A stretch of 64,000 nt of DNA from Rhodospirillaceae bacterium (GTDB lineage Bacteria > Pseudomonadota > Alphaproteobacteria > MPNO01 > UBA2964): NCBI GenBank assembly GCA_002720855.1, contig PBIN01000014.1, forward strand, positions 777,619 to 841,618, written 5' to 3'. The notes under the pieces were generated by a model. The model saw only the letters and a program-made list of their open reading frames with translations. It made no database searches and was not told the DNA's origin. Shown here piece by piece: positions 49,082 through 58,853 of this stretch (the stretch's first letter is position 1; every line of letters starts with the position of its first letter). A program made the translations under genes and the position numbers.

Positions 49082-50028
49082 AAATACGAGATTATTTGGT
49101 CGGCGACGATACCGCTGAGAAAAAGCCAGGAGAAAAGTCGGTTGGATTTGAATTTGGCGAGACAATCTTTGGGGTTGTTGATGTCAACATCCCAGACCTG
49201 CCAAACCAGCTGAAAGGCTCCCAGTCCTAACCCAACATAAAATGGCCATCCAAATTCGGCGGTTTTTCCCGCGAAGGCAAAGAATACAGCAGCCATAAGA
49301 TAAAACGCATAAAGCCATGGTTTGCTGCCAAGACCTAAACGCCGCGCCGTGGACTTTACTCCGGCCTTGGGGTCATCCTGCCGGTCCTGATGGGCGTAAA
49401 TAGTGTCATAGCCTAATGTCCAAAAGATACCGCCGAGATACAGCAGTATGGCTGGCAGGGATATGTCTTCCCGCACTGCAGCCCAGCCAAGCAACGCCCC
49501 CCAGTTAAAGGCGAGACCAAGAAAAAATTGAGGCCAGAACGTTACGCGTTTCATCAACGGGTACGTGAAAACCAGGACCAACGAAGCAGCGCCTACCGCA
49601 ATGGCATAGTTTTTGAGCGTTAGGAGGATGAGAAAGCCGATGATCAAGAGCGCGATTAGGAAACCGGACGCTTCCTTGATGGTGACCTGACCGCTGGGCA
49701 AAGGGCGGTTCTTGGTTCTGGCCACCTGGGCATCAAAATCTCGATCGACGATATCGTTATACGTACAACCGGCACCGCGCATGACCAATGCACCAATTCC
49801 GAACGCAGCGAACAGGTATAGTATTTCTGCGGTTGCTTCGGCTGAAGGCCATGCCATGGCAATTGACCACCAGCATGGAAAGAGTAGCAGCCATGTCCCA
49901 ATGGGGCGGTCAAACCTGGCAAGCCGGATATACGGATGCCACGAAACGGGCATATAGCGTTCAACCCAGCCATTGACCGGAATGTCGCTTGCGCTGTCGT
50001 CAGTTTTATTTCGGGCTTGCTCTGACAT
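49078..50028 (-). CDS. ubiA: 4-hydroxybenzoate polyprenyltransferase
   Basis: UbiA prenyltransferase family with a polytopic Asp-rich region (ARFDRPIGTWLL...NDIVDRDFD). Confidence 0.85.
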   Translation of the reverse strand: MSEQARNKTDDSASDIPVNGWVERYMPVSWHPYIRLARFDRPIGTWLLLFPCWWSIAMAWPSAEATAEILYLFAAFGIGALVMRGAGCTYNDIVDRDFDAQVARTKNRPLPSGQVTIKEASGFLIALLIIGFLILLTLKNYAIAVGAASLVLVFTYPLMKRVTFWPQFFLGLAFNWGALLGWAAVREDISLPAILLYLGGIFWTLGYDTIYAHQDRQDDPKAGVKSTARRLGLGSKPWLYAFYLMAAVFFAFAGKTAEFGWPFYVGLGLGAFQLVWQVWDVDINNPKDCLAKFKSNRLFSWLFLSGIVADQIISYF

Positions 50029-50112
50029 GTCTTAAGCTCTAACGCTGTTGTCAAGCAGTCTCAACTATTTGAGCGCTTTTTTGAAACATCGGATTTTCTG
50101 TTTTGTAATTGT

Positions 50113-50862
50113 ATGCGCACTACCAGGCTCTTTACTGATCAACCGTTTTCATCAAATCAACAGCTATTCCTCTCAGAGACACAGGCCCATTATTTGATGA
50201 ACGTTCTTAGAATGGATGTGGGCGCTACTGTTCATCTGTTCAACGGAAATGATGGAGAGTGGCAGGGGAAAATTGATGCATTTACACGCCGCCGCTGCTC
50301 TGTATTGCTCGAAAAGAAAGTTCGAGAGCAAACGGAAGATTCAGATGTCTGGCTGATCTTTGCGCCAATAAAGCGCGCAAGGATTGATTTCGTAGCGGCA
50401 AAGGCAACAGAACTTGGAGCCTCAGCATTGTTGCCCGTGTTCACAGAATTTACCGACGTCACGCGCGTCAATACTCAACGCCTTAAAGCGAATGCCATTG
50501 AAGCCTCTGAACAATGCGGCAGACTTACAGTGCCAAATGTTTCTGAGCCCCAAAAACTGATGTCACTGCTTGCCGATTGGCCCGATTCTCGTCCGCTTTT
50601 TTATTGCGATGAAACAGGTCATGGCGTTGCAATCAATGAATTGCTTTCAGAATTAAAGGTTCCGCGCCAAGACCAGTCGGCGTCATTTCTGATTGGGCCC
50701 GAGGGCGGCTTTTCTCGATCAGAGCTTGACCTACTCAGCGAAAAAACCAACTTTACCGCAATTGATTTGGGACCGCGTATTTTACGGGCCGATACGGCTG
50801 CCATTGCTGCGCTTTCTTGCTGGCAATCAGTTTTAGGCGATTGGGCTGGCGATAAGACGTAA
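50113..50862 (+). CDS. rsmE: 16S rRNA (uracil1498-N3)-methyltransferase RsmE
   Basis: A PUA-like N-terminus is followed by a SPOUT domain with the FLIGPEGGFS motif. Confidence 0.8.
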   Translation: MRTTRLFTDQPFSSNQQLFLSETQAHYLMNVLRMDVGATVHLFNGNDGEWQGKIDAFTRRRCSVLLEKKVREQTEDSDVWLIFAPIKRARIDFVAAKATELGASALLPVFTEFTDVTRVNTQRLKANAIEASEQCGRLTVPNVSEPQKLMSLLADWPDSRPLFYCDETGHGVAINELLSELKVPRQDQSASFLIGPEGGFSRSELDLLSEKTNFTAIDLGPRILRADTAAIAALSCWQSVLGDWAGDKT

Positions 50863-50881
50863 CGGTTAAGTAGGAAGAGGA

Positions 50882-52249
50882 ATGGCAGCACCACCATCAA
50901 CACCTGGAGTGCCTATAGAGAGCAAGCAGGCGCTTATTGATTTTCTTGAGTCTGGCTGCAAACCCACTGCCGACTGGCGAATTGGAACGGAACACGAGAA
51001 ATTCGTGTTTCAAGATGGAACGTTTCTCCCAGCGCCCTATGAAGGAGAGTGGGGCATTCGCGCCCTCCTCGAGGGATTACAGGGTTTCGGATGGGATGCG
51101 ATCCTTGAGAATGGAAACCCGGTCGCATTAAGCCATAAAAACGGCTGCTCAATCACTTTGGAGCCCGGCGGACAGGTGGAGCTCGCAGGTGCGCCGCTGG
51201 AGAATATTCACCAAACCTGCAACGAAGTTCACTCTCACCTCAAACAGGTTAAGGAAGTTGCGGAAGACCTCGGTGTGGGCCTGATCGGTATTGGGTTTAA
51301 TCCGAAATGGAAGCGCGATGATATCCCGTGGATGCCGAAGGGACGCTACAAGATCATGCGGGATTATATGCCGAAAGTTGGCTCTCTCGGTCTCGACATG
51401 ATGGTCAGGACTTCGACAGTTCAGGTTAATCTCGATTTTAAATCGGAAGCCGACATGGTGAAAAAGTTCCGCGTATCGCTGGCGCTTCAACCAATTGCGA
51501 CGGCAATGTTTGCAGATTCACCCTTTGTGGAAGGAAAGCCAAGCGGATATCTCTCCTATCGAAGTCATATTTGGGAGGATACCGATCCGGACCGGTGCGG
51601 CATTTTGCCATTCGTTTTCGAAGACGGCATGGGATTTGAGCGTTATGTCGATTATATCCTCGATGTTCCCATGTACTTCGTCTATCGCGATGGAAACTAC
51701 CTTGACGCAGCAGGCCAGTCATTTCGTGACTTTCTGGATGGCAGTTTGCCGGTCCTGCCCGGTGAGATCCCAACGACCGGTGACTGGGGCGATCATCTGA
51801 CAACTGTCTTTCCAGAGGTCAGGTTAAAGAAGTTTATCGAAATGCGGGGCGCCGACGGAGGGCCTTGGCGTCGGCTTTGCGCGCTGCCCGCCTTATGGAC
51901 CGGATTGCTTTACGATCAAACGTCTCTGGATGCTGCGTGGGATTTGGTTAAAGACTGGACTTCTGAGGAACATGAGGGTTTACGCAGGGAAGTTCCAATA
52001 CATGCGCTGAATACGCCTTTTCGAAACGGAAAAGTGCAACAAATTGCCGGCGAAACTCTCGAAATTGCCAGTAGCGGTTTGAGGCGCCGTAATCGGCTGG
52101 ATGCTGTTGGCACTGACGAAACTGGGTTCCTTGGCACGCTGTATGAAATTGTCGATAGCGGGCGAACAGCCGCCGAGGAAAAACTTGAGAAATATCACTC
52201 TGTATGGAACGGTAATATAGATTCGATTTTTGAAGAATATGCGTATTAG
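50882..52249 (+). CDS. gshA: Glutamate--cysteine ligase, plant/alphaproteobacterial type
   Basis: 455 aa. The rsmE-gshA adjacency is conserved in alphaproteobacteria, and the sequence is collinear with the GCS2/plant-type GCL family. Confidence 0.85.
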   Translation: MAAPPSTPGVPIESKQALIDFLESGCKPTADWRIGTEHEKFVFQDGTFLPAPYEGEWGIRALLEGLQGFGWDAILENGNPVALSHKNGCSITLEPGGQVELAGAPLENIHQTCNEVHSHLKQVKEVAEDLGVGLIGIGFNPKWKRDDIPWMPKGRYKIMRDYMPKVGSLGLDMMVRTSTVQVNLDFKSEADMVKKFRVSLALQPIATAMFADSPFVEGKPSGYLSYRSHIWEDTDPDRCGILPFVFEDGMGFERYVDYILDVPMYFVYRDGNYLDAAGQSFRDFLDGSLPVLPGEIPTTGDWGDHLTTVFPEVRLKKFIEMRGADGGPWRRLCALPALWTGLLYDQTSLDAAWDLVKDWTSEEHEGLRREVPIHALNTPFRNGKVQQIAGETLEIASSGLRRRNRLDAVGTDETGFLGTLYEIVDSGRTAAEEKLEKYHSVWNGNIDSIFEEYAY

Positions 52250-52259
52250 AGTTGCTCAA

Positions 52260-52775
52260 ATGACAAAGATTGTAAAATCGCTTCTCCTGATATTGGTTGG
52301 AACGGGTTTTATGGCCATCCCCTTCAGCACCGACGGAGCTGCACAGGGATACAATCAAAGATCTTTGCAGCCTTGGGAACGTGAACTTCAGAAATTTTAC
52401 AATCAGCGCCGCAAAATTCTTGAACCACAGATCCATAATCCAGTACGCGAAACTTTACGAAAATTGCGCCGGGACCCACTTTCCAAACTAGGACTGCCAT
52501 CCCACGGAAGGCTTGCACCACAAGGGTCGCCGGGCGATGCTCCTCCCGCGCTTTCGCCATACGTATCGGGGTATGACAGTAATGGCGATGGTGCGATTTC
52601 CCGAGACGAATATTTTTCCCGTCAAAGGCGGAGTTTTGGTTACGGAGCAGCCAATGCTTCACGACGTCAACGCGCTCTGAGTAAGCTCGAGTCTCAGTTT
52701 CGTAGAGCAGACATTGATCGTGATGGTAAGGTCACAGCGGAAGAGCTGAGTTCACAGCCCGGCGTGAGGTTTTGA
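52260..52775 (+). CDS. Secreted EF-hand calcium-binding protein
   Basis: Signal peptide, then two EF-hand loops (DSNGDGAISRDE and DIDRDGKVTAEE). ATG at 52260. The track starts at a TTG at 52230 that overlaps the gshA end. Confidence 0.6.
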   Translation: MTKIVKSLLLILVGTGFMAIPFSTDGAAQGYNQRSLQPWERELQKFYNQRRKILEPQIHNPVRETLRKLRRDPLSKLGLPSHGRLAPQGSPGDAPPALSPYVSGYDSNGDGAISRDEYFSRQRRSFGYGAANASRRQRALSKLESQFRRADIDRDGKVTAEELSSQPGVRF

Positions 52776-52887
52776 ACCTAAGGCGTTCTGCGCGATAGCG
52801 CATTGGACAAACTTCCTTCCGATTTTCCCCTGCACCTTAAAATTGTTACAATTTTTTGCCGAATTCCTACGGGGTGGCGAAATTCTA

Positions 52888-53055
52888 ATGCCTAATAACA
52901 GATTCTGTTTGCGCCTATTGTTTATTGGGAGTGTTTTTATACTCACCCATCCGCCTGTTTTGGCGGCGCCACAAGTGTCAGTCTCTAACGAAAAAATTGA
53001 AGTCAGATTTCCGGGAAAAGGGCAAATAGAATTTTTAAGGCGCCCCGGCCAGTGA
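52888..53055 (+). other. Signal-peptide-bearing N-terminal segment in frame with the downstream hydrolase-like gene, ended by a single TGA
   Basis: MPNNRFCLRLLFIGSVFILTHPPVLAAPQV is a classic Sec signal. The same frame stays open with no further stops from 53056 to 55056. Confidence 0.5.
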
Positions 53056-53265
53056 ATAAGCGGTATTCGCAAAATAGAAATAGCGGGGCGTCAGGTCGTT
53101 TCGCCAGATATTATTCCCGATGAATCACGTTTTGCCGTCCTAACGCCTGATCCTGCCGGAGGAATTGCAGATTGGCGTCGTTATTTACGCCAGCGCTACA
53201 AGGTCGAAGAAGATCAAAATCTTGCGTGGACACCCGTTAACCCCCGACAGCTGCGTTCCTTTCTG

Positions 53266-55056
53266 GTGTCGGACGGTCGATATATCGGATACCAGGTTGT
53301 CCAAGATTCTGTCCTCTTAAAGGTGAGACCGAGCTATGACCCCACTGCAGAGATCGCATGGATAGTAAGGCCGGTAACACGGAAAATTGGCCCGCAGACC
53401 TATAATGGTATCGGCTGGCGGCTGCGCATTACCGGACTGGATGAAGCGGCTTGGGTAACACTTGGTGAAAATGGCAAAGCTGCCACAGGCGATTGGTACG
53501 TTCAGCAGAGCTGGGGCAAGTTTATCGAGCACCAGCTGGGATTTGATGACCGCAGACTGCTGGAAGAAGGTTGGCACGGCGCCCATCATCAGCCGTTTAC
53601 TTATTTCGGCGGCAGTAAGGGGTCAGTAGTCAGCTATTTCGCAAAACCCGTCGCCGCGCGGTTGGCGGTCGAAGCAAGAGGGCCAAATCTTCCCCACCTT
53701 TGGCATATTCCTCTCGGAAAAGGCAGCATTCGATCCACGCCCGAAAAATTATGGCTTGCAAACAAGCGGCCGCTCAAAACCAAATGGAAAGCTCTTGATG
53801 AATGGGTGTATGCCTATGATAGCGTGGCCGGGGGCTACCGCCGCTTACTTGGCCTGCAGGAGACCCAGCCTAAGCCCACCCTGTGGTGGCAGCATCCGAG
53901 CGAGGATTACTATCTCCAATTCCAAAGTCAGGGCGTTACCAAAGACGAAAATCTGTGGACCAAGAGATTTGCTGATACAGTTCTTCGAGACGCCGTGTCG
54001 ATGGGATTTGGGGTGGTTTATCTGGAGGGATTGTGGGAAACGGACGGGCAATACCCTGAAAGCCGTTATCTCCATAACAGCCAGAGCTTCGGATCCATCG
54101 ATGCCCCTTGGCGACTTCGTATAAGCCGTGCTGTTGGCGGAAATAAGGGGCTCGCCGACCTGGTTAAACGCGCGCACAAATCGAACGTAAAAATCTTGTT
54201 GTGGTCAACGCCGGGACATCTTTCTAATTCTTCGCCGTTGCTCATTGAAAATCCTGATTGGATTCGCTGGAAGTATGAAGGCGTTCCTGAAACAGCGGGA
54301 TACGGAGACGTTACCGGTGTGGATTTGCGGAGTGGCTATTTAGACTATGCGATCAGTCAATATCGAAAAATTCGCAAATCGACGAAGTTTGACGGTATGT
54401 GGATCGACTCGTTTCTGACATTTGGTATTTTGCCCAATGGACGGGAGAAGCAATACGCTCCGCAACTGGATCGTAAGTTGTTTCTCCAGCGGCAACTCCA
54501 GAAGATGGGGGCGGGAGAGCTTCATATTGAAGGGGCCGGACCCTTCGGAATTTCGACCGGCGGGTATGGCTACGAAGGCTATGTATTGGGCAACGCGTTG
54601 GATAAAGCGGTGGCCCGCAGAAAGTTTCAACATATTCGCGGGCGAGAGTATGGGCTCTATCGCTATATTGCCGACACCATTGTTGAACCAAACAGTTATT
54701 TTCGCGCTTTGGCTTCCAAAGGAGCAATCGGCGTTTTTAAACTTTCACTCCTGAAGAGGCTTAGTAAGCAAGGGCTCGCTTTAATTGCTCGCAGTAACAG
54801 CATCTACAGAGAGGTGCTGCCTGAACTCCAGATTAGGGAACTCATGGGGAAAGGTGAGGAATGGTTCGGAGTTTCTTGGTCAAACCGGCAAAACAAAAAT
54901 AAAATTATCTTTGCCTTCAAACGCTTTCAGGTCGAAACGGGAGCGGCAATTGTCGAAAATCTTATGAATGGCGACGTAAAGGTGGTCAAGAAAGGTTTCA
55001 TAACCTTACCGAAGACAATATTTCGAATTCGATACGATTTGGAAAACGCGCAATAG
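53266..55056 (+). CDS. Uncharacterised TIM-barrel glycoside-hydrolase-like protein (body of a probably secreted protein)
   Basis: 596-aa ORF with GVVYLEGLWETDG, NVKILLWSTPGHL and DGMWIDSF segments that look like GH-type beta/alpha-barrel strands. The track start (GTG at 53266) is arbitrary. The frame is open back to 53056, and with TGA readthrough back to 52888. Confidence 0.5.
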   Translation: MSDGRYIGYQVVQDSVLLKVRPSYDPTAEIAWIVRPVTRKIGPQTYNGIGWRLRITGLDEAAWVTLGENGKAATGDWYVQQSWGKFIEHQLGFDDRRLLEEGWHGAHHQPFTYFGGSKGSVVSYFAKPVAARLAVEARGPNLPHLWHIPLGKGSIRSTPEKLWLANKRPLKTKWKALDEWVYAYDSVAGGYRRLLGLQETQPKPTLWWQHPSEDYYLQFQSQGVTKDENLWTKRFADTVLRDAVSMGFGVVYLEGLWETDGQYPESRYLHNSQSFGSIDAPWRLRISRAVGGNKGLADLVKRAHKSNVKILLWSTPGHLSNSSPLLIENPDWIRWKYEGVPETAGYGDVTGVDLRSGYLDYAISQYRKIRKSTKFDGMWIDSFLTFGILPNGREKQYAPQLDRKLFLQRQLQKMGAGELHIEGAGPFGISTGGYGYEGYVLGNALDKAVARRKFQHIRGREYGLYRYIADTIVEPNSYFRALASKGAIGVFKLSLLKRLSKQGLALIARSNSIYREVLPELQIRELMGKGEEWFGVSWSNRQNKNKIIFAFKRFQVETGAAIVENLMNGDVKVVKKGFITLPKTIFRIRYDLENAQ

Positions 55057-55060
55057 AGAC

Positions 55061-55297
55061 ATGAGGAAATTTTCCCGCATTCTTGTGAGGGTGGGCTTGG
55101 TGATCTTGGGTGTTGGAAGTGTTTTTGTTGCTATTTCTTTTATCTATGAGCTGATCGAAACACCCACTGATCTACATCTTCCAGGATTGATATCGGCAAT
55201 TGCGATCCGTTATCTAGCGCCGATGGGTCTTGTATTTGTGGTGCTGGGTTCAGTTGGCATGGTCGCTTCGCGCATTCGCGAACGACAGCCAAAATAA
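55061..55297 (+). CDS. Small hypothetical membrane protein (two TM segments)
   Basis: 78-aa ORF with two hydrophobic helices. Its start overlaps the preceding stop. Confidence 0.35.
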   Translation: MRKFSRILVRVGLVILGVGSVFVAISFIYELIETPTDLHLPGLISAIAIRYLAPMGLVFVVLGSVGMVASRIRERQPK

Positions 55298-55304
55298 TCT
55301 CGAA

Positions 55305-55529
55305 TTAACGCATTGTATCTGGCGGTAAATCTTCTTCGAGAATGGACATCATCATCGAATAGGAAACTTCTCCTTCGTCCTCATCGCGGTGGAGGACACC
55401 GATAAATTCCGGTCCAACACGTACTTCAACAGGTTGCCCGGGTTTTTCGGGCATATCAATTTCTATCGAATTATTTCCAAAGGTTCGCCGCAAATAAGAT
55501 TGAACGCGGGCCACTTCATTTCGGGTCAT
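55305..55529 (-). CDS. DUF3126-family small protein
   Basis: ARVQSYLRRTFGN...VEVRVGPEFIGVLHRDEDEGEVSY matches the conserved alphaproteobacterial DUF3126 pattern. Confidence 0.6.
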   Translation of the reverse strand: MTRNEVARVQSYLRRTFGNNSIEIDMPEKPGQPVEVRVGPEFIGVLHRDEDEGEVSYSMMMSILEEDLPPDTMR

Positions 55530-55637
55530 CTAAACTCTCCCCGGATCCACAATATTCAAATAGCAAAATTCTTTTCATCTAATGTGGGCGATCATGACCC
55601 AAAGCAGTGAATTGATCTAGTGTGACCTATGTCAATT

Positions 55638-57098
55638 TCAATCTTCATCCCGCAGCACCGCGTGGATTAACCAGTGACCGATGGCGACGAGTTCGAAATC
55701 GCGTCGATAGTATCCAAACAGTTGAATGCCGAGCGGCATCCCATCCTGCACCAAAAGTGGCGCATTTAGTGCCGGTACACCGAGTTGCGAAGAGTGTTCT
55801 CCATAAACGGCATTACCGACAGGCATACCTTCGGGCGCTGGTCCTGTGGCGTTCAAGGTTATTAGCGCGTCATATTTTTTTGAAAGAGCTTCGTGTCTGA
55901 TCTTTGCTGCCGCGCTCCATATAAGTGTTTCTTCATATTGTTCCGGCGTTATGTCGGCGGAAGAAATAGCTCTATTGCGAACCCGGTCCCCAAGTTTCTC
56001 AGGGCGCTTGTCAGCATACATCATGAGTGGCCAGCGACCTTCATAGGCAAGGGTAATTTCCATTATTTCGCGAAGTTTAATCAGGTCCTGTTCATAAGCC
56101 TCTAAGTCAGCATCTTCCTCGCGACTTACGATCTCTACGCCACGTCTTTCCAATTTTTGAAGCATGTCGTTGAAAATTTCTCGCGTCTCCGGCGGAGTTT
56201 CTTCCCAGCCCGCACTTTCAATTTTTGCGATACGGGCTGGTTTCTGTGCCTTTGGCAGCACAGCCTCACCTTTGAGGCTCGGATGTCCGGCATCTCCACC
56301 AGCATTTCTGGAAAGCCAATAGGCTGTGATCCAGGCATCGGCTATTGATCCGGCTAATATTCCCAAATGTCCAACACTTGGCGGCGACGGAAACCCACCC
56401 CGGGTGTTTATGGCACCATGTGATGGTTTGAGTGCCCACGCACCGCAATAGCAGGCTGGGCGGAGTACCGAGCCCCTAACCTGTGTACCGGTTGCAGCCG
56501 GTACCATCGAAGCGCCGACCGCAGCTCCCGAACCACTGGACGAACCGCCAGGTGTTCTGTTGATATCCCAAGGATTTCGTGCAGGACCGGGGTCGCCAAA
56601 TGCGAATTCGGTCGTTACCGTTTTGCCAACGACAACAGCGCCGCCACGCCTTAAAAAGTACACCGAAGCGGCATCCCAACCGGTCTCATATCCATCGAAC
56701 AGCGGGCTGCCAAGCTGCATTGGCATATCCTCGGTTTCGAAAACGTCTTTGATTGCAATTGGCATTCCATCAAGCGGGGAGAGAGGCGAGCCCTTTTTAT
56801 AACGGGACGATGCCTCATCGGCGGTGACACGTGCTCTATCGATCGATGTATTGACGAATGCCCGGACCGTAGGTTCGCGGCTTTCAATTGTTTCTATGCA
56901 ATGTTCCAGAAAGGCACGCGGCGTATCGGTGCCATCATGGAATGATGAAACTTTGTCATAAAATGTAAGTAATCGGGTCGATTTTGGGTCGTAGGACACT
57001 CTCTGATCTCCCTGGTCTTTTGCTTCGGACAAATTTGGTTCTTTTAGTGAATAACGAATGTGACAAATGCATTCTGCTCTGTGTTTTGTCAGATACAA
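55638..57098 (-). CDS. Amidase-signature family amidase
   Basis: The AS motif GGSSSGSGAAVG with the catalytic Ser, and the K...S...S triad context. The start codon looks like a TTG at about 57097-57099 (one base beyond the track's end coordinate), so it is uncertain. Confidence 0.75.
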   Translation of the reverse strand: MYLTKHRAECICHIRYSLKEPNLSEAKDQGDQRVSYDPKSTRLLTFYDKVSSFHDGTDTPRAFLEHCIETIESREPTVRAFVNTSIDRARVTADEASSRYKKGSPLSPLDGMPIAIKDVFETEDMPMQLGSPLFDGYETGWDAASVYFLRRGGAVVVGKTVTTEFAFGDPGPARNPWDINRTPGGSSSGSGAAVGASMVPAATGTQVRGSVLRPACYCGAWALKPSHGAINTRGGFPSPPSVGHLGILAGSIADAWITAYWLSRNAGGDAGHPSLKGEAVLPKAQKPARIAKIESAGWEETPPETREIFNDMLQKLERRGVEIVSREEDADLEAYEQDLIKLREIMEITLAYEGRWPLMMYADKRPEKLGDRVRNRAISSADITPEQYEETLIWSAAAKIRHEALSKKYDALITLNATGPAPEGMPVGNAVYGEHSSQLGVPALNAPLLVQDGMPLGIQLFGYYRRDFELVAIGHWLIHAVLRDED

Positions 57099-57216
57099 AA
57101 TTGTTTAAAATTTAGTCTAACTCTTTGATATCATGACTTAACAATAATATCGGTTTCGTGATAAAGCATTACGCGTGAGGGTTCTCACGTTGGGTTGGCG
57201 TCAATAGAAAAAGAAA

Positions 57217-58824
57217 ATGGGTATTGTTCACTCACGTACCTACCTGCGAGATCGTCAGGAAGTGGTCCATCGCCTTACTAAATGGCAGGACCTGGTCAAT
57301 CTCGTTGCAAAAATTTTTGACGGATCGGCTTCGCTTGTATGCCAATTGACAGAATCCGGATTTCGCCCCGTTGTCTCGAGCGATCAGGAGAGTAACCCGT
57401 TTCCAATTGGCGTAACATTTCCAAAAGATGCACATACCTTTTGTGATGAAGTGATCTCCCGGGAGGCGCCACTATATATTCCGAATGCTCCCGAAGATCC
57501 CCAATGGGCGAATAATCTGGTTTGGGTGGAACACGGATTTCGGTCGTATTACGGCGTTCCATTATATTGGCCCGATGGCCAGATTTTCGGCACCATCAGT
57601 ATAATGGACTTGTCATCCACTGATTACGAAGAGCCGTTTATTTATTGGCTGACCTGTTTCCGGGATCTGGTAGAAGCTGATCTGATCTCCGCAGCGCAAT
57701 ATCTCAACAAATCTGAATTTTTGGCTGGAGTAAGCCATGAGTTGAGAACACCGATGAATGGGATCGTCGGTATGGCGGACGCATTACTCGGCTCCACATT
57801 AAACGAAAATCAGAAACTCGAAGTCGAAACCATTCGGGATTGTGCAGAAACCCTGATGTCATTGCTTAATGACATATTGGACATTTCGAAAATCGAGGCG
57901 GGTCACCTGGATATCGATATCCAGACTTTCGATGTTAGAGCGGTGATGGAGCATATTGAGCGTCTTTGGCGCACCCGTTCAGAGGAAAAAAATCTGAAAT
58001 TTGCGGTATCCATCGACGATGACGTTCCCCAGAAACTAGATGGCGATGTAAATCGAATAAAACAGGTTCTTTTCAATCTCATTTCAAATGCCATCAAATA
58101 TACCGAGAGTGGTGGCGTCGAAGTTCGTCTGGCATCACGCGGATATAGAGAAGGCTCCCTCCAACTAAGAGTCGAGGTGGAAGATTCCGGCGATGGGCTC
58201 AATCGCGAAATGCAAGAGAGCGTATTTCAGCGATTCATACAGGCAGATACATCAATCGGCCGGCCTGAAAGTGGTATCGGGCTTGGTCTGGCGATAAGCC
58301 GCAATCTAGTACAAATGATGAATGGCTCTATCGGTGTAGACAGTGAGCCAGGGGTTGGTTCGACATTTTATTTCGAACTTCCGTTGGGAATTCCCCATCG
58401 TGCCGCCCGTGAATTGATGTCTCCAGAAATTCTTGAAGTGCCCGAGGCGAACGCGGATATCGCTATTTTGATTGTAGAAGACAATCATATCAATCTACGG
58501 GTTTTGGAAGCCTATTTGATGCCTTATCCATTTAAATGCGAAGCCGCTGTCAATGGAGCGGAAGCCGTAGATCTCGTGAAGCGTAGACGCTTCGATATAA
58601 TTTTAATGGATATACAGATGCCGGTCATGGACGGAATAGACGCAACTCGTGAAATTCGCGCGCTAGGAGGCTGGTGTTCCAACATTCCAATAATCGCTGT
58701 AACGGCGAACGCTATGGCTGGCGATCGGGAACGTTATTTGAATGCGGGAATGGATGATTACGTGCCAAAACCCATCGATAAGTCCGTACTCATCAAGGCA
58801 ATTAATAGGCACATCCAAAAATAA
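57217..58824 (+). CDS. Hybrid sensor histidine kinase/response regulator with an N-terminal GAF-like sensor
   Basis: HisKA (FLAGVSHELRTPMNGI), HATPase_c (N, G1, G2 boxes), and a C-terminal REC domain (ILIVEDNHINL...MDIQMPVMDG...KPI). Confidence 0.8.
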   Translation: MGIVHSRTYLRDRQEVVHRLTKWQDLVNLVAKIFDGSASLVCQLTESGFRPVVSSDQESNPFPIGVTFPKDAHTFCDEVISREAPLYIPNAPEDPQWANNLVWVEHGFRSYYGVPLYWPDGQIFGTISIMDLSSTDYEEPFIYWLTCFRDLVEADLISAAQYLNKSEFLAGVSHELRTPMNGIVGMADALLGSTLNENQKLEVETIRDCAETLMSLLNDILDISKIEAGHLDIDIQTFDVRAVMEHIERLWRTRSEEKNLKFAVSIDDDVPQKLDGDVNRIKQVLFNLISNAIKYTESGGVEVRLASRGYREGSLQLRVEVEDSGDGLNREMQESVFQRFIQADTSIGRPESGIGLGLAISRNLVQMMNGSIGVDSEPGVGSTFYFELPLGIPHRAARELMSPEILEVPEANADIAILIVEDNHINLRVLEAYLMPYPFKCEAAVNGAEAVDLVKRRRFDIILMDIQMPVMDGIDATREIRALGGWCSNIPIIAVTANAMAGDRERYLNAGMDDYVPKPIDKSVLIKAINRHIQK

Positions 58825-58853
58825 GACTGTCTTTTAGGTATCTTCGGCCAGAT

